The notes under the pieces: model-generated
What the model was told of the DNA's origin: nothing
The model's input: only the letters and a program-made list of their open reading frames with translations
The model's database searches: none
Translations under genes and position numbers: made by a program
Shown here: piece after piece, positions 56,355 through 64,000 of the stretch
Position numbering within the stretch: position 1 is the stretch's first letter
How the letters are laid out: every line of letters begins with the position of its first letter
NCBI GenBank assembly: GCA_965140445.1
Contig: OZ223236.1
Span: 416,001-480,000 of the forward strand
Direction: 5' to 3'
Length of the DNA stretch: 64,000 nucleotides
DNA from: Candidatus Ozemobacteraceae bacterium
GTDB lineage: Bacteria > Muiribacteriota > Ozemobacteria > Ozemobacterales > Ozemobacteraceae

Positions 56355-56831
56355 TCAAGGCAATTCTATCACAAAGCAACTAAATTCCAATTGATTCAAT
56401 TTTTCAGAAACAACTTCAGCCTCATTTTCTGATGCAAATGGCCCAACAGAGATTCGGTAAATCTCGTATTGATCATCTGGTTCGGATAATGTGGCTTTAT
56501 AGCCAGCTGCAGTTATCTTTGCAAAGGTTTCTCTTGCCGATTCTTCTTCGGCAAAAGCTCCCAATTGAACAACAAAGTTTCCTTTACGATTCTCCACAGC
56601 CTCTACAGGCGCAGCTTCAACCTTTTCATTACTTAGCTCTGTCTTGCTCAGAACACTGGAAATAGTTCGCGGATCTTTACCATTTATATCCAATAAGAAC
56701 CAAACTCCGCCGCCAAGCAAGGCAAGAATTATAAAGTAAACCAACCATTCTTTAAACCCTTCGGCCGCATTGCTGGAGGGTGGCCCCCAGTCAAACTGCC
56801 TGGAAGAATTGTTGTCGTTGGTATCATTCAT
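56355..56831 (-). CDS. SPOR-domain membrane protein
   Basis: TM helix plus FVVQLGAF...YRISVGPF. Confidence 0.88.
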   Translation of the reverse strand: MNDTNDNNSSRQFDWGPPSSNAAEGFKEWLVYFIILALLGGGVWFLLDINGKDPRTISSVLSKTELSNEKVEAAPVEAVENRKGNFVVQLGAFAEEESARETFAKITAAGYKATLSEPDDQYEIYRISVGPFASENEAEVVSEKLNQLEFSCFVIELP

Positions 56832-56854
56832 TATTTATTCTCCAGCTCCAAGTC

Positions 56855-57832
56855 CTAGTTTAAAAATGGAAGTTTCATTCCACAATCACAAATTTCAGAA
56901 GAAAACAAAATTTCGGTATTATAACCATTTCTCGCCACCCATTTCTTTTTACAAACAGGGCAATCCGTATCCGAGTTTCCAGGAACATTTCCAAGATATA
57001 CAAAATTTAATTTTGCTCTGGCAATAGCAGCAAATTCATTTAATAAACCCAAATCAGTGGGTGGGGAATTTTCCAGATATCTCGGGAAATATCTGGAAAT
57101 GTGCAAAGGAATGTCTGGAGAAATGCTGGCAATATAATCCACCATAGCTTCAAACTCTTCGGCTTTATCGTTCAAGCCGGTTACAACAAGATTCGTCAAT
57201 TCAATCTTTACTCCAGACGAAAATGCAGTTTCAATGTTCTGCTTGATTGTTTGCAAATTTCCGCCACAGACATTTTTATAAAAATCTTCGTTAAATCCTT
57301 TTAAATCGATGTTCATAGCATCCACAAATTTGCATAGCTCAGCAAATGGTTCGGCGCAAAGATAAGCATTGGTAACCATTATGGTTAAAAGATCTCTTTC
57401 TTTAAGAAGTTTTGAAGTGTCTTTAATATACTCGAACCATATTCCAGGCTCATTATAAGTGAAAGCAACACCAATGTTATTTTCAATGCCTGCAGCATAT
57501 GCAGCCAGCTCTTGAGGAGACATTTCTTTAGTTGGTTGTTCAAATTGTGAAATATCTGAATTTTGACAAAACCGGCAACTTAAATTGCAGCCATATGAGC
57601 CAACAGAAAAAACTGGCTTTCCAGGCATTATGTGATACAGAGGTTTCTTTTCGATGGGATCTACTCCACCCGCAACGATCTGGCCGTAAGTGTGTAAATG
57701 CATTTTACCGTTTCTACGTCCTCTGCTAAGACACTTACCATCAAAATCGTTTTTTATGGAGCATAAATTTGGGCAGAGAAAACATTGAGTCTCTAACTCG
57801 CCATCATTGCAATATTCAGCTTCTCTCATCAT
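56855..57832 (-). CDS. amrS: AmmeMemoRadiSam system radical SAM enzyme
   Basis: C.LCP..C, DPIEKKPLYH, GCNLSCRFCQN, FTYNEP, PLHISRYFP, VYLGN. Confidence 0.92.
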   Translation of the reverse strand: MMREAEYCNDGELETQCFLCPNLCSIKNDFDGKCLSRGRRNGKMHLHTYGQIVAGGVDPIEKKPLYHIMPGKPVFSVGSYGCNLSCRFCQNSDISQFEQPTKEMSPQELAAYAAGIENNIGVAFTYNEPGIWFEYIKDTSKLLKERDLLTIMVTNAYLCAEPFAELCKFVDAMNIDLKGFNEDFYKNVCGGNLQTIKQNIETAFSSGVKIELTNLVVTGLNDKAEEFEAMVDYIASISPDIPLHISRYFPRYLENSPPTDLGLLNEFAAIARAKLNFVYLGNVPGNSDTDCPVCKKKWVARNGYNTEILFSSEICDCGMKLPFLN

Positions 57833-57895
57833 GCTTTAAAATATCATTATATGCAGATTTCAGTCAACTTAAACAGACTGAAAACCTAGAAAAAT

Positions 57896-58159
57896 TCAAG
57901 TGTTAGCCTTAGTTCCTGAAGCCGTAAATCCTTTAGCTACCATTTTGAAATGATCTCCTTTATCAATGGCAACTTCTACGCCACATTTGCATAGGACTTT
58001 GTCTCCCGAAGTTTCGAGACAAAATATTTTTCCAATCCTCGATTTATGGCAAACCAAAACCTGACCTTTGCCAATCTTTTCGTACTTAAAAAGTTTGGAT
58101 TTACATCCAGCACATTTAATTAAAAGCATCTTAATCATTCCTATACAAAAGAAGCACAT
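57896..58159 (-). CDS. Small Cys-rich (zinc-ribbon-like) protein; likely start MIKMLLIKC
   Basis: CAGC...C...CKCG. Confidence 0.65.
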   Translation of the reverse strand: MCFFCIGMIKMLLIKCAGCKSKLFKYEKIGKGQVLVCHKSRIGKIFCLETSGDKVLCKCGVEVAIDKGDHFKMVAKGFTASGTKANT

Positions 58160-58181
58160 GAGATGTTCTCATGTGCTTCTT
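58148..58181 (-). terminator. Terminator-like hairpin
   Basis: aagaagcacatgaga tgt tctcatgtgcttctt. Confidence 0.6.
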
Positions 58182-58199
58182 ACTATATAACGTTTTTAA

Positions 58200-58649
58200 T
58201 TAAATTTCAGAACGAACTAAAGTCTTTTTAAAAACAATTTCATCATTCTTTTTTGTTGAAAGCGCCAGTTTTCCTTCTTTTTCCTTATACCAGCCAAGAG
58301 ATGACTCAAGATTGTATTCCTTTCCTGAAACATTTTTTAAAACAGATTCTGGAATGCATGCAATCATACCGGTTTGGCCTTTTTCAGGTATTTTTTCTTT
58401 TTTTACGTCAACTTGAAAAGGCACATCAGCATTGATAAGCGCGGCAAAATGGTAAACACCCGAAATCTTACTTCCACCAGAATTTTTGGCAAAAATCTCA
58501 ATATTTCCATTTTTATATACAGCGTCTGTTATATCCAACTTTGGCGAAGAATCACTCCAACAGCCCGATAAAAATATAAACAGCATGATCGAATGAGTAA
58601 CACACCAAACCGAGAAAACTCTTTTCAGGATTTTTTTAAGCCTTTCCAT
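58200..58649 (-). CDS. Putative lipoprotein
   Basis: LSGC lipobox. Confidence 0.6.
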   Translation of the reverse strand: MERLKKILKRVFSVWCVTHSIMLFIFLSGCWSDSSPKLDITDAVYKNGNIEIFAKNSGGSKISGVYHFAALINADVPFQVDVKKEKIPEKGQTGMIACIPESVLKNVSGKEYNLESSLGWYKEKEGKLALSTKKNDEIVFKKTLVRSEI

Positions 58650-58654
58650 ACCGC

Positions 58655-60118
58655 TTAAAACCTTGGCTCGTTCTCAGCTGAATTAACAACATAATCAACG
58701 GTTATGCGGTCATTTCCAATCAATTTAATTTTGAAAATTGCATAGTTTTTGGTGCGTGGAAAATAAGCGCTGAAAACATCTCCAACCTCTACGGTGCGCT
58801 CTTTATATATAGCTTTTAATGCATCAGTGGTGTTAAGGAAATAGTTTCCGCCGCCATCAAGATAAGTCTCGGCATAAGAAAGGTTTGCAAGCTCCGGCTT
58901 TCCATCAATAGCTCTAACCATGCGAATATCACCAGAGTTACAGCCGATTCCTTTCGCGGTACTAATAAAGCTAAACATGTATGGGCTAGCTTCTGAACTG
59001 TCATTTAGAAAGTTGGTGGCAACTACAGCGTTTTCGACAGGAGTGGTTCCACTTGCCATGAGGGTTTTAGTGCCAGTGGCAATTGCAGAAGTGTTGGCCT
59101 GAACAAAATCATATTCTGCAACTACACCTTTAAATGAACCGTCCTCCAGATTTATTCTTCTAACAAATAGTTTTAGATACTGGTCTGCAGAAGCAGATTT
59201 TTTAAAATACAAACCTAAAGCAAATTTGGTAGCGTTTTTATCGAACGTTCTGGTTGTAGTTGTAAGGTTGCCTTTAAAATCCTGTAACAATCTGGCGTTA
59301 GAGTATCCAGACATTTTTTCAATATCAGCAAGCATAGAGGTTGCGCTAGAAAGAACGGTGTAAAATCTGATCCTATCGCCATCAATGTTTTGCTCTATTT
59401 TAAGATCAATTATTCCATCTCCATCAAGGTCATTCTCTTTATTTAAGAAGGCCAGCTTTGACTCAGGAGTGAACCCTGTAGCCTGATCAATATACCCTTT
59501 ATTTAACTGTAGGGCTTGAGTAACTGACGCGTCAGTAACAATTGATCCGGTGAGGTTTGTAGCCGTTTTTTTGCATGCAAATTCCAGAGAAGACTGAATA
59601 CCGCTGACAAATGAAGTGTAGGTTGCCAACAAAATTTGCTGTTCGATTCCACTTGAGTCGGAAAGCATTGCTGCGGCTGTTGTTTGCAAATCAACTTTAA
59701 AACTGTCTTTCTGACTATCGGTTATCCATGATTTCAAATTTATTCGACCAGCAACTACTTCAATGCGATATTTTCCATTTGCTGATTTTGGAACATTTGT
59801 TAATCTGAGTGGCCATTCGGGATTTGAAGTTAAGGCTGTTAAAGTTAAAGTCACCGGAGTGCCATTAACATATGCAGTAGCAGAAGCAAATGCATTTCGA
59901 ACCTGACTATCAGTATTCTGCAGTAAGCTGGCAACTAAAGAAGAGTCCAGACTATCCGGGGCTTTTAAAGTTCCATTAAGAGCAACATACTCTGTAGGAA
60001 CATTAGAAGAAGTAGGGTTGCTGCTTTCTCCCGAGTTTCCACAACCTGTTAAAAACAGTGTTGCAAGTGCAAAAAACAGAAATAGTTTTTTGAAATTTGA
60101 TTTCATTTGCATCTCCAT
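58655..60118 (-). CDS. Lipoprotein of unknown function
   Basis: LTGC lipobox; DLDGDG loop. Confidence 0.75.
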   Translation of the reverse strand: MEMQMKSNFKKLFLFFALATLFLTGCGNSGESSNPTSSNVPTEYVALNGTLKAPDSLDSSLVASLLQNTDSQVRNAFASATAYVNGTPVTLTLTALTSNPEWPLRLTNVPKSANGKYRIEVVAGRINLKSWITDSQKDSFKVDLQTTAAAMLSDSSGIEQQILLATYTSFVSGIQSSLEFACKKTATNLTGSIVTDASVTQALQLNKGYIDQATGFTPESKLAFLNKENDLDGDGIIDLKIEQNIDGDRIRFYTVLSSATSMLADIEKMSGYSNARLLQDFKGNLTTTTRTFDKNATKFALGLYFKKSASADQYLKLFVRRINLEDGSFKGVVAEYDFVQANTSAIATGTKTLMASGTTPVENAVVATNFLNDSSEASPYMFSFISTAKGIGCNSGDIRMVRAIDGKPELANLSYAETYLDGGGNYFLNTTDALKAIYKERTVEVGDVFSAYFPRTKNYAIFKIKLIGNDRITVDYVVNSAENEPRF

Positions 60119-60180
60119 TATTTATCTATTCCTATATATTTTCGGCATCTTAGGGTTGGGTATCAACAAGTTTTGGAGAT

Positions 60181-60218
60181 AAAAAAAAGGCCAGATTCAA
60201 AATGAATCCAGCCTTTTT
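60181..60218 (-). terminator. Intrinsic terminator
   Basis: aaaaaaaaggc...gattca aaa tgaatc...gccttttt. Confidence 0.65.
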
Positions 60219-60228
60219 ATAAGAGCTT

Positions 60229-63200
60229 TTACAGCTTTCTATAAACAACAACTTTATCGTAAGTTTGAAGCCTGAAGGCTTTTGTTACGTTATAAAGAGT
60301 TTCCCGGCCTGCAATGAACAATACTCCACCTGGTGCAAGAATATTGTAAATATTTTCAGCCATTCTTTCTTTACCCTTCTGGGAGAAAGCTGAGAATACG
60401 TTTCTACAGATAACTACATCGAATTCGCCAAGTTGTTCCATAGCTTCAGAATTCACTGAGTTAGTGAATTTGAATTCAACCATGTTTTTAACCTGATCTT
60501 TAACTCTAAGATCACCGCGATCATCTTCGAAATACAAATCTGTATATTTTTCATCTACAGTTCTGAACATTTCTCTTTTATAGATTCCGCGTTTGGCTGT
60601 ATTCAAACAGATGTGAGAAACATCTATACCAGTAACAGTGACGCGCGCCTTATCGGAATGAACTTCCTCAAGAGCACTCATTGCAACAGAGTAAGCTTCT
60701 GGTCCGAATGAACATCCAATATCAAGAATACGGATTTCATCAACGCCATCTTTCACTTTGTCTTCAATAATTTCTGGAATTACAGTAGAAACAAGAACTT
60801 TTGTCTGATCTGGCTCACCGAAGAATTCAGTTACAGGATTAGTAATTGAATCATACATGCTGGTAAGCAGCTCATCGCCTTCTTCTGCACCATATTTTAG
60901 TGAATGATAGTATTCAGTCCATGAGTTAATAAAGAATCTGGAAAGATTTCTTCTAAGCTTGTTCTCAAGAACTGCTTTATCTGCAATATCGATACCGCAT
61001 TTTTCTGAAATGATTTTTCTGAGAAGCAGAGCTTCTTCAGTGTTAATTCCTTTTTCACAAGGAGTAACTTCTTTCAGTTTTTCAATAACTCTAATTTCTC
61101 TTGGTGAAACAACTTTTTTAAGGATAGCTTCGAGAGAGTCAGATTTATTTTCTGCAAATGTCTGGATGAAATAATCTTTAATCCATGAATTTTGAAGAAG
61201 AATCTTCTCAACTTTGTCGCAAAGTCCTTCAACGCCATTATCAGGAAAGTTTCCGAAGAATTTAATTGCAGCCACAACAAGATCATTATCAGAATCTTCA
61301 AGAATCCTGGCAATAATATCTGCAGCTTTAGTATCCTGGATAAGGCTAAGAGCAAGAATAGACTTAACTCTTACTGCGTTGTTTTCATCGCTTTCAGCGA
61401 GTTTAACAAGAGTCTGCACACTAGAAGTACTCTTGATTTTGCCAAGAGCTTCAACTATCTGATATCTTACTTCCCATCTTGGATGGCTCAAGTATTTCTG
61501 GAAATCTTTATCCAGAGACTTGTCGCCCAACTCGCTAAGAGCTACTACTGCAAGTTTTGCAACCTGAGCATTTTCATCTGCGAGAAGAGGAATAAAGAAC
61601 TGCTTCAATTCTTTGCTATTGAAGGCTCTTAAAGCAGCGAGAGCGGCGATTCTAATCTGCCAGTCACTGTTTTTAAGAAGTTCTTTGAGAGGGAAGATCG
61701 ATTTAAGATCTTTCATGTTTTCAAGAGACTTACAAGAATTAACAACAACGCGCCATTCTTTATCAGTCAACTTATTAATCAAAGAGTCAACAGCAAGTGT
61801 AGAACCACATTGCCAGATTGTTCCTGAAACTGTTTCTCTAATTCTGGAGTTTTCGCTATCCAGCAACTCAAGCAAACGCTTGGTTATCGCAGGATCTTTT
61901 CTGCTGGCTAGAACAGATGCGGCAGCTTCTCTAACATCTCCATATGGTTCAGTAGCAAGAACATTGAACAGAGGCTCAACAACCTGTGCGGATGAAGATC
62001 CCTTCATAGCAAGACAAGCCTGTCTACGAACATGTCCGTTCATATCTTTGAACTTACCAATCAGCGCTGTCAAAGCTCCGTCATAATCAAGCATATTGAT
62101 TATGCCAGTAACTGCATTTTTTCTTACAATTTCGTCAGAGTCATTCAAAAGCTCTTTAAGAGTATTAAATGATGTATCTGAAGGATTTGCACCCAAAGTT
62201 TTTGCGAGAGCCTGTCTCAAACCATCGTCAGGGTTATTGGCAAAAAGTGAAACTGCTGCTGGAGTAGCAGGAGAAGGAACTGTCTGTAAGAAATCAAGAA
62301 TTCTTGCAGCTACAGGAGGTTCTACTCTGCCAATTCTTTCTAAAGCACTCTTAACAGCTTTAGCACCAAGTTTTGTGATACCAGCTGAGGCTATTTCTGC
62401 AATTTCTACTTCGGTGTTTTCAAGAGCTGAAAGCAATGCTGGAGCATAAGCTTCGTCTTCTAATGAAGCAGCAACTTGAACAAGAAATTTATATTCGGCT
62501 GAATCCTGATTTTCAAGTAAAGAAACAAGAATAGGTCTGATTTTATCAGCATCAAGTTTCTTAAGAATGCCAGGATTTGTTTCTTCTATCTGAGCCAGAG
62601 ATTTGAAGATAAGTCGGCGAGTTCCGCTATCTTCTTCTTTCTGAAGCTTGTTGAAAAGAGGATCAACACCATCTGGATGTTCCATCGCTCCCATGGCTCC
62701 GATGCCAGTGAAGTATTCAAGAATATCTTCAGACTCAAGTGAGCCAAGAAGAACTGGTAATGCTTCGCTGACAGCAATGTTTCCAAGAGCTTCAACAACA
62801 GAATACTTAAGAATATCTGTGCTTCCGTAAGTTTCTATAAGCTTTTGAACAGCTTTTGGGTCCTGAATTTTACCTAAAGATTCGACAGCCGTGGTTTTTA
62901 CGTTGTCATCTTCGTGGTCAATATATTCAAGAACAGTGTCTGTAGCCAATTTGGAGTGAATGTCTCCAAGGATAACAAGAATCTGGATAGTTTCATCCAC
63001 ATCTTCTGAGGCATGAATAGCATCAACAAGTGGTGGAATTGCCATTGGTCCAAAGTTTCTTAAAATTGTCATACCCGCGTTACGGGTATTCAAATCTGAA
63101 CTTCTTACAACAGGAATTAATCCGCAAACAACGTTCTCATGTTTCATTGAAGAAAGAACATCAATAGTGATGTTCTGAACGCCTTTGTTCGGATCTCCGA

Positions 63201-63324
63201 GAGCTTCGCAAAGTGCTGCTACTACTTCTTTTTCTGGAAAATTGACTAGCTCACGTACAGCTTTTCTTCTAAGGCCAGGATCAGAATTTCTCAGTTGTTC
63301 GAGCAAGATTGATGAACTACTCAT
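60229..63324 (-). CDS. HEAT-repeat protein fused to a C-terminal CheR-like methyltransferase
   Basis: Many L.D.D..VR..A..ALG HEAT repeats; GCS.G.EAYS, GID, A..GIY, FDVVICRNV, L.PGG.LF. Confidence 0.88.
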   Translation of the reverse strand: MSSSSILLEQLRNSDPGLRRKAVRELVNFPEKEVVAALCEALGDPNKGVQNITIDVLSSMKHENVVCGLIPVVRSSDLNTRNAGMTILRNFGPMAIPPLVDAIHASEDVDETIQILVILGDIHSKLATDTVLEYIDHEDDNVKTTAVESLGKIQDPKAVQKLIETYGSTDILKYSVVEALGNIAVSEALPVLLGSLESEDILEYFTGIGAMGAMEHPDGVDPLFNKLQKEEDSGTRRLIFKSLAQIEETNPGILKKLDADKIRPILVSLLENQDSAEYKFLVQVAASLEDEAYAPALLSALENTEVEIAEIASAGITKLGAKAVKSALERIGRVEPPVAARILDFLQTVPSPATPAAVSLFANNPDDGLRQALAKTLGANPSDTSFNTLKELLNDSDEIVRKNAVTGIINMLDYDGALTALIGKFKDMNGHVRRQACLAMKGSSSAQVVEPLFNVLATEPYGDVREAAASVLASRKDPAITKRLLELLDSENSRIRETVSGTIWQCGSTLAVDSLINKLTDKEWRVVVNSCKSLENMKDLKSIFPLKELLKNSDWQIRIAALAALRAFNSKELKQFFIPLLADENAQVAKLAVVALSELGDKSLDKDFQKYLSHPRWEVRYQIVEALGKIKSTSSVQTLVKLAESDENNAVRVKSILALSLIQDTKAADIIARILEDSDNDLVVAAIKFFGNFPDNGVEGLCDKVEKILLQNSWIKDYFIQTFAENKSDSLEAILKKVVSPREIRVIEKLKEVTPCEKGINTEEALLLRKIISEKCGIDIADKAVLENKLRRNLSRFFINSWTEYYHSLKYGAEEGDELLTSMYDSITNPVTEFFGEPDQTKVLVSTVIPEIIEDKVKDGVDEIRILDIGCSFGPEAYSVAMSALEEVHSDKARVTVTGIDVSHICLNTAKRGIYKREMFRTVDEKYTDLYFEDDRGDLRVKDQVKNMVEFKFTNSVNSEAMEQLGEFDVVICRNVFSAFSQKGKERMAENIYNILAPGGVLFIAGRETLYNVTKAFRLQTYDKVVVYRKL

Positions 63325-63328
63325 AATT

Positions 63329-63715
63329 CTAAGCCCCCTTTCCTGAAGCTTTTCCGAGGAGCCTTTCTACTTCCTGTAACATTAAATCAGGTTTAATAGG
63401 CTTCTGGAGGAAAGAGTTCGCTCCAAGAGTAAGCCCTTTCATAACCATTTCTTTCTTACCTTCAGTGGTAAGGATTATGATGGGAATATGTTTGAATTTT
63501 TCGTTTTCCTTGACCTGAGTAATGAGTTCAAAGCCATCCATACCTGGCATATTCAGGTCTGTGATGATTATATCTACTTCGTTTTTCGACATAGCTTCGA
63601 TGGCTTCAATACCATTGTTAGCTTCAAGTACTTTGTATCCTGCTTTTTCAAGTGGGAAACATGCTACTTTACGCAACATCAAGGAGTCTTCAGCCACTAG
63701 AATTGTTTTGGCCAT
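63329..63715 (-). CDS. CheY-like single-domain response regulator
   Basis: ILVAEDS, ITDLNMPGMDG, IILTT, FLQKP. Confidence 0.92.
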   Translation of the reverse strand: MAKTILVAEDSLMLRKVACFPLEKAGYKVLEANNGIEAIEAMSKNEVDIIITDLNMPGMDGFELITQVKENEKFKHIPIIILTTEGKKEMVMKGLTLGANSFLQKPIKPDLMLQEVERLLGKASGKGA

Positions 63716-63929
63716 TATCTGGAATCCTCCGCAATTTCTGAAATCTTAAGTGCAGATTATAATTAGAATTAAATATAAATTGCAACTGAATAGTTATATC
63801 ACAATACAGAAAAAAAGTCAGTTTTGCCAACCCTTTATAATGTACCAGCAATATTTATTAATACTTTTACAATTTTTCTGCAAGAGCATACCTGCTTGAT
63901 TAGCAAGTTTTAGAACCAGCCTAAAAAGA

Positions 63930-63962
63930 AAAAAGCCGCCACATAATTGTGGCGGCTTTTTT
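63930..63962. terminator. Intrinsic terminator
   Basis: aaaagccgccaca taat tgtggcggctttttt. Confidence 0.8.
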
Positions 63963-64000
63963 GAAAATTAAGACTTAAGCTTATTTAATAAGGAAGTTAA

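Overview
AT-rich bacterial chromosomal window, mostly minus-strand genes. The gene content suggests an anaerobic diderm candidate-phylum organism, possibly Ca. Riflebacteria; this is a weak impression only. Main contents: a pseudopilin/type-IV-pilin cluster whose first gene is a 1643-aa pilin-propeller-Kelch fusion, followed by a 2968-aa surface protein; an orphan 6-gene TPR / PqqD-like / ATP-grasp / PLP-decarboxylase / urea-transporter-M23 / TPR operon next to tRNA-Arg(CCG); a tandem array of DUF1566-type genes (two intact, one collapsed pseudogene); an InlB-B-repeat lipoprotein; the TIGR03916/TIGR03915 radical-SAM pair; an ECF sigma/anti-sigma operon; a sugar ABC transporter; amrS; and a HEAT-CheR fusion with a CheY-like regulator. 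The most striking unexplained signal is non-coding: six same-orientation copies of a ~200-bp intergenic element. Each has a near-invariant ~105-nt structured core (minus-strand terminator, anti-SD-like CCUCCUUA) and helically phased AAACAA boxes, and five of six carry a GTACGTAC palindrome exactly 69 bp from a core landmark. It is a candidate multicopy regulated sRNA family. All product calls come from motif recognition by eye, not database searches.
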